64,000 bases of DNA, from contig PBHC01000003.1 in NCBI GenBank assembly GCA_002719295.1, forward strand, positions 4,300-68,299, written 5' to 3'. A program made the position numbers and the translations under genes. This DNA comes from Chloroflexota bacterium. GTDB taxonomy: Bacteria > Chloroflexota > Dehalococcoidia > Lucifugimonadales > Lucifugimonadaceae. Below the pieces are notes generated by a model. The model saw only the letters and a program-made list of their open reading frames with translations. It did not search any database and was not told the DNA's origin. Shown here piece after piece: positions 42,590 to 53,245 of this stretch. Within the stretch, counting starts at the first letter, position 1. Each line of letters opens with the position of its first letter.

Positions 42590-43795
42590 ATGACAAAAGA
42601 TACAAAAAAAATAAATAAACCATCATCAAACGGAAGATTTGGTAAATTTGGGGGCAAGTTTGTACCTGAAACACTAATGTCTTCATTGAAAGAAATTGAA
42701 ACAGCATTTGAAAAAATTTCTAAAGATGACTCTTTTTGGGATGAATTAATTACTTTACAAAAAGATTTTGTAGGCAGGCCTACTCCAATTTATTTTGCTA
42801 AAAATTTATCGAGAAAGCTAAATCAAAATATTTGGATTAAAAGAGAAGATTTAGCTCATACAGGAGCTCATAAAATAAATAATGCATTAGGCCAAGCTCT
42901 TTTGGCAAAAAGGTTAGGCAAGAAAAGAATAATAGCAGAAACAGGAGCAGGACAACATGGAGTTGCCACAGCTACAGCATGCGCAATGCTAAACCTCGAA
43001 TGCATTATTTATATGGGAGAAGAAGATATAAAGCGACAGTCTCCAAACGTTTATCGAATAGAAATGCTTGGAGCTAAGGTGGTGCCTGTGATATCAGGCT
43101 CAAGAACATTAAAAGATGCTTGTAACGAAGCAATTAGAGATTGGGTAACTAATGTTGAAAGTACATATTACATTATAGGAAGCGCTGTTGGGCCGCATCC
43201 TTACCCATATATAGTTAGAGAATTTCAATCAATCATAGGCCAAGAGTCTAGAAAACAAATTCTTGAAAAAACAGGAAAATTACCAGATTATGTTCTTGCT
43301 TGTGTAGGAGGAGGCTCAAATGCTATTGGAATTTTTTCTGGATTTATAGAGGATCCAGCAGTCGAGCTAATAGGAATAGAAGCAAGTGGAGAAGGCATTA
43401 ATACTGAAAAACATGCCGCTACTTTGACTAAAGGAACCCCTGGCATTCTTCATGGATCATTAAGTTATGTTTTACAGGATGATTATGGACAGATACAAGA
43501 AGCTCATTCCATATCTGCTGGATTAGATTATCCAGGAGTGGGGCCTGAGCATTCATATTTAAAAGATATTGAGCGTGCTAAATATTTTTCAGCAACTGAC
43601 GAAATGGCATTAGATGGATTTAAGCTCTTATCAGTTGAAGAAGGGATTATTCCTGCATTAGAACCTGCTCATGCTTTAGGCTTTTTGCTAGATTGGACTA
43701 AGAATCTAGAACCTAATAAAGACATATTGTTTTTGTTATCAGGAAGAGGCGATAAAGATATGGAAACAGTTTCTAAAAAAATAGATTCAAAATAA
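42590..43795 (+). CDS. trpB: tryptophan synthase beta chain
   Basis: [45 protein letters not shown]. Confidence 0.97.
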   Translation: MTKDTKKINKPSSNGRFGKFGGKFVPETLMSSLKEIETAFEKISKDDSFWDELITLQKDFVGRPTPIYFAKNLSRKLNQNIWIKREDLAHTGAHKINNALGQALLAKRLGKKRIIAETGAGQHGVATATACAMLNLECIIYMGEEDIKRQSPNVYRIEMLGAKVVPVISGSRTLKDACNEAIRDWVTNVESTYYIIGSAVGPHPYPYIVREFQSIIGQESRKQILEKTGKLPDYVLACVGGGSNAIGIFSGFIEDPAVELIGIEASGEGINTEKHAATLTKGTPGILHGSLSYVLQDDYGQIQEAHSISAGLDYPGVGPEHSYLKDIERAKYFSATDEMALDGFKLLSVEEGIIPALEPAHALGFLLDWTKNLEPNKDILFLLSGRGDKDMETVSKKIDSK

Positions 43796-43839
43796 ATTTT
43801 TAGTATAATCATACAAAAGTTTTATTAGGAAAAAGAAAA

Positions 43840-45123
43840 ATGACCTTAGGTGGACCACTTCAGGATATCGTTGTTGTAGAGTTTGGAAACTTTGTTGCAG
43901 GCCCAACATCAGGGCAACTTTTAACAGACTTGGGAGCCACAGTAATTAAAATAGAACCTCCAGTTGGAGAACCTTGGAGGCACTCCTCTCCAAGCTCTCC
44001 CAAAGGAGAAAGTAGGCTATTTATTGCTTTAAATAGAGGAAAGAAAAGCGTTTGCATTGATCTAAAAACGATAGAAGGGCAAAAAGTTTGCCATGATATT
44101 GTTGCTAAAGCAGATGCCGTAATTTCAAATAACAGAACCTCTACCTCTAAAAAGTTAAAATATGACTGGAATACTTTATCAAAAATTAATCCTAAATTAG
44201 TATATGTCGAATCTACAGCATATGGGCCAAAAGGAGAAAAAGCATCAGAGCCAGGGTTTGATCTCATTATGCAAGCATATACAGGAATAATGTCCACAGA
44301 AAATAAGGTATATCATGGTTCTCCAAGTGCAGTTAGATCTTCTTCTTACATAGATTATTCAACCGGTTATGCTATGGCCTTAGGAGTTGTTTCTGGTATT
44401 TTACAAGCCAAAAGTACAGGTAAGGGAGTTCTTCTTCAGACAAGTTTGCTGGCTCAAGCTTTGTCTATGCAAGCCATGCAAGTTATGAAAGCTGAAAAAG
44501 ATTTGAGCCCTGCTCAAAAATGGATTAATGAAAAAAAAGAAGATCTTTTTGAAAAAAAAGTTCCTTATGAAGAGATACAAGAAGATTATTCTATTCAAGG
44601 AGGCGCTCCTCAAATAGCTCAATATTACAGAGCTTATAAGACTAAAAATGGCGCCCTTGCTCTTGGTTGCCTCGCAATGCACGCGAGAAAAAGGATTGCG
44701 TCTTTATTTAATCTAGAAGATGTTAGGTTTGATCAACAAAAAAAGTTTTCTCCTGAAGAAATGCTAAAAATAGGCAAAGACTTTGAACAAAAGATGGAAA
44801 ATAAATTTTTACAAAAAAATACAGATGATTGGATCGCTTATTTGAGGTCACATGATATTCCTTGTGAACCAATGCAATTCACCGAAGAACTAGTAGACAA
44901 TAAACAGGCGATAGAAAACAATTATGTTATAGAGCTTGATCACAAAACAGCAGGCAAAGTAAGATCTAGTGGGCCAATTTTTAATGTTTCCACCGGAAAT
45001 GCACAGTTAAATACAGCTCCTTTATTAGGAGAAAATACAAAAGAAGTTTTGCTAAATATTGGTTATGATGAGAAACAAATAAAGTCCCTTTATGAGAATA
45101 ATTTTATTGGCAAAAATCTTTAA
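43840..45123 (+). CDS. family III CoA-transferase (CaiB/BaiF)
   Basis: AGP..LGATVIKIE, NRGKKS, GFD, catalytic Asp in YID. Confidence 0.9.
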   Translation: MTLGGPLQDIVVVEFGNFVAGPTSGQLLTDLGATVIKIEPPVGEPWRHSSPSSPKGESRLFIALNRGKKSVCIDLKTIEGQKVCHDIVAKADAVISNNRTSTSKKLKYDWNTLSKINPKLVYVESTAYGPKGEKASEPGFDLIMQAYTGIMSTENKVYHGSPSAVRSSSYIDYSTGYAMALGVVSGILQAKSTGKGVLLQTSLLAQALSMQAMQVMKAEKDLSPAQKWINEKKEDLFEKKVPYEEIQEDYSIQGGAPQIAQYYRAYKTKNGALALGCLAMHARKRIASLFNLEDVRFDQQKKFSPEEMLKIGKDFEQKMENKFLQKNTDDWIAYLRSHDIPCEPMQFTEELVDNKQAIENNYVIELDHKTAGKVRSSGPIFNVSTGNAQLNTAPLLGENTKEVLLNIGYDEKQIKSLYENNFIGKNL

Positions 45124-45332
45124 TATTTCTTAAGAAGGCGTTGTGAGTATATGGATAAACCCATTTTAGGTTTTCGAGAATCATGCCTAAATCTTATGCA
45201 TTTTCTTTCATCAACCTTGTTGGGATATTTTGTATTTATATGACAACTAAAATAATACCCACAATGAATGGGAATGCATAATATTTTGTTATTAATCTTA
45301 GGTCCTGCTTGTTTAGGATTAGAAAATTTCAT
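45120..45332 (-). CDS. small basic Cys-containing hypothetical protein
   Basis: 70 aa, four Cys; TTAA stop overlap with the convergent gene. Confidence 0.5.
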   Translation of the reverse strand: MKFSNPKQAGPKINNKILCIPIHCGYYFSCHINTKYPNKVDERKCIRFRHDSRKPKMGLSIYSQRLLKKY

Positions 45333-45382
45333 TATATAAAAAGTTTATTTAATTTTAGTGCTTATAAAATAAACTTCTAGTT

Positions 45383-46279
45383 TTATGTCCTGTTTCTTAC
45401 TGAAATATACGACCCTGCAACAACTAATATTGTTGCGAAAATAAGCTCAACCCCAGGATCTTCTCCTAAAACTAGCCATGCAAGCATAACTCCAAAAACA
45501 GGCTGAGATAGAGAAATGATTGTTATTTTAGATGGTAAATATTTTTTCAATAACCAGGTCTGACCAATAAAACCAAATCCTGCAATAATCACTCCTTGAT
45601 AAAAAAGAGCAGCTATAAGACTTATTGATATGAAATAATTTTGGCTTTCAAAAAACATAGAAAAAATAAAAAAAGTAATTATTCCTATTAGAGCTTGTGA
45701 TAATAAAATATTAATTTGACGAATTCCTTGAGCTATTTGAGAAATATAAATTTGCCTTGCCCCTAACAGCATTGCAGACGTGAGCATCATTATGTCTCCC
45801 CATAAATAATCAGTTTTTGAATTTTGAAGAGACTCCCAAAATAAAACGATTATTCCAGAGTATGCAATTGCCATTCCAAAGATTTTCAGTTTACTTAATT
45901 TATCATTTGGAATAAATAAATGGGAAAAAATAGATGACCACAAAGGAAAGGTTGTAATCATTATTACTCCATGCCCTCCTGATGTAAAATTTTGGCCTAC
46001 ATTCATAAAACCAAGCTGAACAGAAAATAACAAACCTACTCCAATAAGGGGTAAAATTTCTTTTTTGCTAATCTCGAATTTCTCTTTATTATAAATAGCC
46101 CATAATATAGCTACTATTCCACCTAATAGAAACCGCATCCACCCTAACCTTAAGGGAGGAGCATCTTCTAGGCCAATTTTTATAGAAATAGGATTCCCTG
46201 ACCATAGAACAGATAAAAAGAATGCTAATGCTATTCCTTTTTTATCTGGACTTACTCTTTTTTCTTTATGATCGGTCAA
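45383..46279 (-). CDS. EamA/DMT family transporter
   Basis: LWS, PP..RF, QPV..LGE; about 10 TM segments. Confidence 0.88.
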   Translation of the reverse strand: MTDHKEKRVSPDKKGIALAFFLSVLWSGNPISIKIGLEDAPPLRLGWMRFLLGGIVAILWAIYNKEKFEISKKEILPLIGVGLLFSVQLGFMNVGQNFTSGGHGVIMITTFPLWSSIFSHLFIPNDKLSKLKIFGMAIAYSGIIVLFWESLQNSKTDYLWGDIMMLTSAMLLGARQIYISQIAQGIRQINILLSQALIGIITFFIFSMFFESQNYFISISLIAALFYQGVIIAGFGFIGQTWLLKKYLPSKITIISLSQPVFGVMLAWLVLGEDPGVELIFATILVVAGSYISVRNRT

Positions 46280-46376
46280 TAAGTTTATAAACTTTAAATT
46301 ATTTATTGGTTTTATTTTTCAAATCATAATTGTATATTTGTTTAAATATACAAATAAAAGGGGATTTTTTTCTAAA

Positions 46377-47378
46377 ATGAATAAAATAGTAACGTTTGGC
46401 GAAATTTTATTAAGATTAACCACTTTAAACAAGGAAAGATTTACACAGTCTAAAAACTTTGAAATTACTTACGCTGGATCGGAATGTAATGTTGCAGTAT
46501 CTCTTTCTCATTTCGGTATGAATACTTTTTATGTTTCTTCTGTGCCAGATAACCCTATAGGGCAAAGCTGCATTAACACTGTTAGGCAATTTGGAGTTAG
46601 TACGGATTACATTGCTAAACAAGGAGAAAGGCTTGCTGTTTATTATTTGGAAAATGGAGCTTCTATGAGGGCTTCAAACATAGTTTATGACAGAACAGGT
46701 TCTTCATTTTCTTTAATTACACCGGATCGGTTTGATTGGGATGTTATTTTTGATAATTGTGACCTTTTTCATTACTCTGGCATAACCCCTTCTTTGTCTA
46801 AATCTACAAAAGAATTAACTATCTATGCCTTAAAAGAGGCAAAAAAAAGAAATGTGAGAGTTTCTTGTGATCTTAATTATAGATCAAATTTATGGTCACC
46901 TGAAGAAGCTCAAGAAACAATGATTCCCTTGATGGAATATACAGACATTTTAATTGGTGGGAAAAAAGACCCTGAAATAATGCTGGGAGAATTTGTGAAA
47001 AATGAAGAAGACGAGTCGTATAAAGAGCTTTTAGTAGATATTGCAAAAAAATATGACTTTTCTCAAGTTGGATTATCTTTGAGAGAAAGCTTTTCAGCCG
47101 ACCATAACGATTGGGCGGGGTTATTTTATAATAAGGAAAAAGTCTATTCTTCAAAAAAATATCAAATTCAAATTGTTGATAGGGTTGGAGCCGGAGATGC
47201 ATTTACAGCAGGATTAATATATGGATTATATAGCGATATGTCTAATCAAGAAATTGTTGAATTTGGAGTAGCTGCATCAGCCCTTGCTCATACTTTTCAA
47301 GGAGATTTTAATTTGGCTACAGTTCAAGAAGTTCAAGATGTAGCATCGGGTGATGTTTCTGGAAGAATTAGAAGATAG
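46377..47378 (+). CDS. kdgK: PfkB sugar kinase, 2-keto-3-deoxygluconate kinase-like (start moved to ATG 46377)
   Basis: FGEILLRL, DLNYRSNLW, DRVGAGDAF. Confidence 0.85.
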   Translation: MNKIVTFGEILLRLTTLNKERFTQSKNFEITYAGSECNVAVSLSHFGMNTFYVSSVPDNPIGQSCINTVRQFGVSTDYIAKQGERLAVYYLENGASMRASNIVYDRTGSSFSLITPDRFDWDVIFDNCDLFHYSGITPSLSKSTKELTIYALKEAKKRNVRVSCDLNYRSNLWSPEEAQETMIPLMEYTDILIGGKKDPEIMLGEFVKNEEDESYKELLVDIAKKYDFSQVGLSLRESFSADHNDWAGLFYNKEKVYSSKKYQIQIVDRVGAGDAFTAGLIYGLYSDMSNQEIVEFGVAASALAHTFQGDFNLATVQEVQDVASGDVSGRIRR

Positions 47379-47420
47379 TTATTTCTTTTTATAATAGTTT
47401 CAATAATGTATTATTTAATT

Positions 47421-47978
47421 ATGAAAAAGAATTTAAAGTATTTATTTTTTCTTCTATTTATTGCATTTCAAACCCAAGGAACATCTTTGTTATATGCTCA
47501 AGGAGAAGGATATTCCCAGTACAAACTGTTTCATGAAGAAAAAATAGAGAACTATTTTGTTTCCATATCTCTTTCTCCAAAAAATCCAGTTGTTGGACAG
47601 CAAATATTTTCTATAAATGTAGTTGATAATACAACTAAAGAGGCAGTTGAAAACCTAAAAATACAGGTTTATGCAACTCCCTTATTTAATGATAATAAAA
47701 AAAAATCTCCAGCACTTTCATCTGCAGGGATGAAAGGTTATTATCAAGCAATCCTTAGATTAGAAAAACAAGGCAATTGGGTAATGGATTTTGAAATTGA
47801 TGATGGCAAAAAAGTTTTCATGGTTTCAGAACAGATAGAAATTTTTGAAAGAAACAGGACATTAAATAGTAATAGCTTTTCTTATGGCTTTATAGTTATG
47901 CAACTTGTATTTGTATTTGGAATTGGATTTGTATTTATTACTGCAAGAAAAAAAAGAAAAGAATTATTAAATAAATAA
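47421..47978 (+). CDS. exported Ig-like (YtkA/FixH-like) protein with C-terminal membrane anchor
   Basis: signal peptide ending AQG, beta-rich GYYQA..GNW core, C-terminal TM and basic tail. Confidence 0.55.
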   Translation: MKKNLKYLFFLLFIAFQTQGTSLLYAQGEGYSQYKLFHEEKIENYFVSISLSPKNPVVGQQIFSINVVDNTTKEAVENLKIQVYATPLFNDNKKKSPALSSAGMKGYYQAILRLEKQGNWVMDFEIDDGKKVFMVSEQIEIFERNRTLNSNSFSYGFIVMQLVFVFGIGFVFITARKKRKELLNK

Positions 47979-47980
47979 AT

Positions 47981-49162
47981 CTATTCTTGCCATATTTTTC
48001 CCTTATTATGAATAATCTCAGGATTTAACGTTGCTCCAATTCCATTTTCTTTTGGTAAATGCATTTCACCGTTTATTATTTTTTCATTAGGCAAAAGAAC
48101 TTCATGTCTCCATGGTACTTCTTTCACTGCATGTTCAAGGGGAAGCTTTGAAGAAATTGATGAAGTTATGTGAGCAGAAGTTAATAATGAGATAGGGCCT
48201 GATGGGCAGTGCATAGAAATTTTTTGCGAGGGATCTTGAATGGATTTTTCTAGATTTATTACTTCTGTTGGACCTCCACAAAATTTCACATCAGGCATAA
48301 CAATGTCGATTACTTCATTTGTTATCAATCTTCGAAAATTATCAGCTCCATAAGTCATTTCAGCTCCTGCTGTAGCAATTTTAGAATAGTTATTGATTTT
48401 TATCATTTCTTTTTCATTTTTTTCAGGGTCAACAGGCTCTTCAAACCAATCAACTCCTCTTTCATAAAGCTCATCATGTAAGTAATAACTTGAATTTAAA
48501 TCGAACCTTGAATGACAGTCTACAAATAATTTTGTTTTCTTTGAAAGATTATTTTTTATTTCAGAAATTCTTTCTAGCCCTAAAGCTGATTCTTTAGGTA
48601 TTTTATTTTTTTCCTCAAACGGACTTTTACATTCGTCAAATGGAGCACATTTAATAGTTAAGAACCCATTTTGTTCAAATTCTTTGGCTCTATCTGCAAA
48701 TGATTCAGGGCTTCTATTAACAGGGCCTTGATCGTTAGGAAGCAGAGATCTATTGATATTTGCGTATAATTGAACAGTTTCGCTATTTGTATTTTCTAAG
48801 CCTGGATTTAATTCATATAAGAATTTATTTAAAGGTAATTCCATTCTTTTAGACATTAAATCTAAAAAGGCAGATCTTATACCACTTACCGCAGTAGCTG
48901 TAGATAAATTTCTAGATGCAATATTTTCATTATCAATAAGTGCAAGAAGTTCACTTTCTGAAAATATGTTTTCTCCTCTAAGCCTATTTGATAAATTAGA
49001 AATAATTTTTGTTACCGGAGAGTTTAATTGCGTGTCAGTAATTTCTGAAATTCCTGAAATATTATCGTCAGTAACAAATTCCATAAATTTCCATTCAGTA
49101 TTTCCTCTGACATGAACGGAAAAAAAATTTAGTTGATTAATTTTAATCCAACTACTTTTCAT
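47981..49162 (-). CDS. mandelate racemase/enolase superfamily dehydratase
   Basis: LYANINR, KCAPFD, VDCH, WFEEP, MPDVK, H.PSGP. Confidence 0.88.
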   Translation of the reverse strand: MKSSWIKINQLNFFSVHVRGNTEWKFMEFVTDDNISGISEITDTQLNSPVTKIISNLSNRLRGENIFSESELLALIDNENIASRNLSTATAVSGIRSAFLDLMSKRMELPLNKFLYELNPGLENTNSETVQLYANINRSLLPNDQGPVNRSPESFADRAKEFEQNGFLTIKCAPFDECKSPFEEKNKIPKESALGLERISEIKNNLSKKTKLFVDCHSRFDLNSSYYLHDELYERGVDWFEEPVDPEKNEKEMIKINNYSKIATAGAEMTYGADNFRRLITNEVIDIVMPDVKFCGGPTEVINLEKSIQDPSQKISMHCPSGPISLLTSAHITSSISSKLPLEHAVKEVPWRHEVLLPNEKIINGEMHLPKENGIGATLNPEIIHNKGKIWQE

Positions 49163-49163
49163 A

Positions 49164-50132
49164 TTAATAACCTTTGCTTAAATCGCATTTATGTAATAAA
49201 TCTTTCCCGTTTATAAATCTTCTCAAATTTTCAATAAATATCTTTCTTCTGCCTTCGTACATTTCGGGAGATAAGGCTGATGCATGTTGAGAAATAATTG
49301 CGTTTTCAACATCCCATAATGGAGAAGACTTAGGAAGCGGCTCAATTTTAGTAGCATCAATGCCGGCTCCAGCTAAATGACCTGAATTTAGAGCCTCGTA
49401 TAGATCATCTTCATTAATGATGCCTCCTCTAGAAATTATTACTGTATAGCTGTTTTTTGGCATAAGCATTAAATTTTCTTTTTTAATGAAGTTTTCTGTT
49501 TCTTTAATTAATGGAGATGCGATTATTAACCAGTTTGAAATTTTTAAAATTTTATTTAAATCATTTGGATGGCTTACGCTTTTTTCTATTCCTGTTTTTA
49601 TATTACTTATGGGGTCTATAGCGAAAATATTCATTTCAAAAGCACTTAGTTTTTTTGCTATTGATTGTCCTAATTTTCCATACCCATAAATACAAACGTT
49701 ACCACCTTTTAATTCAACTATTTTTGAATTCCATTGATCAACATCCCATTTTTTATTGGATTGATCTTCAAATAACCTTTTGAAAGAATGCGCTAATCCA
49801 ACCATTGTTCCTACAACATGTTCTGCCATTGGCGTTACGTGTGCTAAAGGCGCGTTTGTAATAATAGTTTTGGTACTAAGTGATTTAGCGTTATTGATTA
49901 TTTTATCTATACCTGTGCCAGGGCACGCAATCCATTGAAGATGGGATCCATTTTCGATTAATTTTTCTGAAGGAAAGCCAAAAAAAACATCTGCATTTTG
50001 AATGTGAATCAATTGATTTTTTTCATCAAAAGCTTTTATAAAATTTGCTTCGGGAAATAAGTCCTGTAGTAAATCTGGAAAGTTTTCACCTAAATGATCA
50101 CTACCGATTATAATGTTCACTGTTTTTCCCAT
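49164..50132 (-). CDS. D-2-hydroxyacid dehydrogenase
   Basis: GYGKLG, ISRG, EPLP, QHAS. Confidence 0.9.
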   Translation of the reverse strand: MGKTVNIIIGSDHLGENFPDLLQDLFPEANFIKAFDEKNQLIHIQNADVFFGFPSEKLIENGSHLQWIACPGTGIDKIINNAKSLSTKTIITNAPLAHVTPMAEHVVGTMVGLAHSFKRLFEDQSNKKWDVDQWNSKIVELKGGNVCIYGYGKLGQSIAKKLSAFEMNIFAIDPISNIKTGIEKSVSHPNDLNKILKISNWLIIASPLIKETENFIKKENLMLMPKNSYTVIISRGGIINEDDLYEALNSGHLAGAGIDATKIEPLPKSSPLWDVENAIISQHASALSPEMYEGRRKIFIENLRRFINGKDLLHKCDLSKGY

Positions 50133-51562
50133 GCTAAAACAGGGTTTCTAGCTGCTTGAGCTTCGTCCAATCTTTCGACAGGAAGATTAATAGGCGCATT
50201 AGTAATTTCTTTAGGGTTAGTTTTAGATAGTTCGCTTATTTTAATCATTGAACTGATAAATTTATCAATTGTTTCTTTCGATTCGCTTTCGGTTGGTTCT
50301 ATCATCAATGCCTCTTCGACAATTAATGGAAAGTACATTGTTGGAGCATGAAACCCTTCATCGAGTAATTTTTTTGCTATATCTATAGCTTTTACGCCAT
50401 CTTCTTTTTGCTTTGAAGCAGACAATACGGTTTCATGCATGCATCTTCTAGAGGAAGTTAGTTCATAATGGTTTTTTAAACGCTCTTGAATGTAGTTTGC
50501 ATTAATTATTGCATTTTCAGAAATCTCTCTTAAGCCTTCGGCTCCTAATGATCTTATATATGCATAAGCTCTAACTAAAATCCCAAATGAACCGTAAAAA
50601 CCATTAAGCCTTCCTACAGAAAATTCAGGTTTATATTGTATGTATTTCTTTCCATCTTTTTTTATGTGCGGATAAGGTAAATATTTTTCTAAAAACTTTG
50701 CAACCATTACAGGTCCAGATCCTGGGCCTCCTCCTCCATGAGGAGTCGAAAATGTTTTATGTAAGTTTGAATGGCATATATCTACACCTAATTCTCCAAA
50801 TTTAGTAATACCAAGCAATGCGTTTAAATTTGCTCCGTCTGCATACACCAGGCCACCATTATCATGAATAATTTTAGTTATTTCTAAAATGTTTGGTTCA
50901 AATAAGCCTAATGTAGACGGAAGTGTCAACATTAGCACTGATACGTTTTCATTTACATTGGCTTTTAGGTCTTCTAAGTCAATGTCTCCTTCTTTAGTTG
51001 TCTTAATTGTTACCGCTTCTAAACCTGCCATTGAAGCAGAAGCAGGGTTGGTTCCATGTGCTGAGTCTGGAATAAGGGCGATATTTCTGTTTTCTTGTTT
51101 ATTTTGAAGGTGATATTCTCTAGCGATAAGAAGGCCTGCATATTCACCTTGCGCCCCAGCTAATGGAGCCAATGAAACAGCAGGTAGCCCTGTAATTTCT
51201 CCTAATTCGTTTTGTAGATCATGCATAATCTCTAGATTTCCTTGTATGTTTTCATCTAATTGATTTGGATGAGATGATGCGAATCCATTTATACCAGAAA
51301 TATGTTCATTAATCTTAGGATTGTATTTCATCGTACAAGATCCTAGTGGATAAAAGTTAGTATCAATTGAATAATTTAGTGAGGAAAGGTTCGTAAAATA
51401 TCTGATTAAATCTAATTGAGCGACTTCTGGCAATTTGATATCTTTTCTAAGAAACTTAGAATCAGGCAATTTAGATTCTGGGACACCTACTTTTGGAAGA
51501 CTAATAGCCTTTCTTCCTTTTTTTGATTGATTCATCAAAAGAGGTTGTTCTTTATTAATCAA
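50117..51562 (-). CDS. gcvPB: glycine dehydrogenase subunit 2
   Basis: PLGSCTMKYNP, SAHGTNPAS, NLHKTFSTPHGGGGPG. Confidence 0.96.
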   Translation of the reverse strand: MINKEQPLLMNQSKKGRKAISLPKVGVPESKLPDSKFLRKDIKLPEVAQLDLIRYFTNLSSLNYSIDTNFYPLGSCTMKYNPKINEHISGINGFASSHPNQLDENIQGNLEIMHDLQNELGEITGLPAVSLAPLAGAQGEYAGLLIAREYHLQNKQENRNIALIPDSAHGTNPASASMAGLEAVTIKTTKEGDIDLEDLKANVNENVSVLMLTLPSTLGLFEPNILEITKIIHDNGGLVYADGANLNALLGITKFGELGVDICHSNLHKTFSTPHGGGGPGSGPVMVAKFLEKYLPYPHIKKDGKKYIQYKPEFSVGRLNGFYGSFGILVRAYAYIRSLGAEGLREISENAIINANYIQERLKNHYELTSSRRCMHETVLSASKQKEDGVKAIDIAKKLLDEGFHAPTMYFPLIVEEALMIEPTESESKETIDKFISSMIKISELSKTNPKEITNAPINLPVERLDEAQAARNPVLAWEKQ

Positions 51563-52868
51563 TGTTTTCTCCTAATATTTGGATAGTTTTACTTATTATT
51601 TCAGGTGTATTTAATTCTGTTACAGCAAACATTATTTTTTTAGAATCTTTGTCTGAAACATCTAAGCCCCCTTCGATATTATTCTTAGATAAAATGTTAT
51701 TGACTTTAGTTATGTCAATTTTAGTTTCTACAATGAATTCATTGAAAAAATTATTTGAAAGAAGCCTAAAGTTATCCATTTTGTCTAATTCTGCAGCAAA
51801 ATAGTGGGCTCTATGATAACAGGTTTCCGCAATACTTTTTATTCCGTTGGGACCCATAGTAGCAAGGTAGACCGCTACCATTAAACCTATTAGTTGTGTG
51901 CTTGTACAAATATTTGATGTGGCACTTTCCCTTCTTATATGTTGTTCTCTTGTTTGAAGAGTAAGGGCGTATGATATTTTATTATTTTTATCAACAGTTT
52001 GACCAATTATTCTACCTGGCAACTGTCTAATGAATTCTTTTTTGCAAGTCAAAAGACCAATAAATGGCCCTCCAAATGACACTGGAACGCCCAATGGTTG
52101 CCCTTCTGCAGTTGCAATGTCAACATTTAATTGACCAGGAGGTTTCAGTAGACCCAAAGAAATAGGATATGTGTGTTGAACGATTAATCCATTTTTGGCA
52201 TGTATTTCATTAGCTAATTTTTCAACGTCTTCAATTTCTCCATATTGATTTGGAGATTGAACAAGAAGACACCCATATTCAGATGAATCATTTTCATGAA
52301 TAATATCATCGTAGCTAATCATTGTTATGTTTTGCCACTTGGAATAAGCTTTGATTACTTCAAGAGACTTATCTGAAATGCTGTTATGAATAACAATAGT
52401 ATTGTTACGTTTAATTCTGCAAGCCATTAGAGCAGCTTCTGCTAGCGCTGTGGGGCCGTCGTACATTCCTGCGTTACAAACTTCCATATCAAAAAGCTGA
52501 GCAATCATAGATTGAAATTCAAACCCAACCTGTAGTGTTCCTTGTGATGCCTCTGGTTGATATGGAGTATAAGAGGTTAAAAATTCTCCTCTTTGAATCA
52601 TTGACTTCACTGTTGAAGGGATGTAATGATTGTATGCGCCTCCTCCCATATAGCTAGATACAGCTTTTGAAGCAAAATTATTATTTGCCATTAGCTCAAA
52701 AAATTCTACTAATTCTTGTTCGGACAATGCTTCTTTAAGGTCCAAAGAAGGAAAAAGCTTTTTTACGGGGACATCATTCAATAAATCTTTAAAAGTTTTT
52801 GCCCCTATTGTTTCAAGCATTTCTTTCTGATCTGAATCTGTACTAGGTATATATGGAGAATTTTTCAT
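51555..52868 (-). CDS. gcvPA: glycine dehydrogenase subunit 1
   Basis: YTPYQPEASQG, TREQHIRRESATSNIC. Confidence 0.96.
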   Translation of the reverse strand: MKNSPYIPSTDSDQKEMLETIGAKTFKDLLNDVPVKKLFPSLDLKEALSEQELVEFFELMANNNFASKAVSSYMGGGAYNHYIPSTVKSMIQRGEFLTSYTPYQPEASQGTLQVGFEFQSMIAQLFDMEVCNAGMYDGPTALAEAALMACRIKRNNTIVIHNSISDKSLEVIKAYSKWQNITMISYDDIIHENDSSEYGCLLVQSPNQYGEIEDVEKLANEIHAKNGLIVQHTYPISLGLLKPPGQLNVDIATAEGQPLGVPVSFGGPFIGLLTCKKEFIRQLPGRIIGQTVDKNNKISYALTLQTREQHIRRESATSNICTSTQLIGLMVAVYLATMGPNGIKSIAETCYHRAHYFAAELDKMDNFRLLSNNFFNEFIVETKIDITKVNNILSKNNIEGGLDVSDKDSKKIMFAVTELNTPEIISKTIQILGENID

Positions 52869-53245
52869 TATATTATTTTTTCATATTCCTCAGAGTCTAA
52901 TAATTCATCTAAGTCTTTTTTATCGTTTATCTCAAGTTTTATAATCCATCCTTTATCGTAGCAGTCTTCATTTACAAACTCTGGATTATTTAATAGTGCT
53001 TCGTTTATTTCAATAACCTTTCCTGATATAGGAATGTATAGATCTGAGACAGCTTTTACAGATTCAATCTCTCCAAATTTATCAAATTGATTTAGATTTT
53101 TGTCAATTGAATTAACGTCAACATAAACAATGTCCCCTAATGATTCAGCTGCGTGTAAGGTTATTCCAACAGTAGCTACATTGTCATTGATTTCTACCCA
53201 CTCATGATCTTTAGAGTATTTTAGATTTTTAGGGATTTCACTCAT
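52868..53245 (-). CDS. gcvH: glycine cleavage system H protein
   Basis: HEW, LGDIVYV, ESVKA. Confidence 0.96.
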   Translation of the reverse strand: MSEIPKNLKYSKDHEWVEINDNVATVGITLHAAESLGDIVYVDVNSIDKNLNQFDKFGEIESVKAVSDLYIPISGKVIEINEALLNNPEFVNEDCYDKGWIIKLEINDKKDLDELLDSEEYEKII

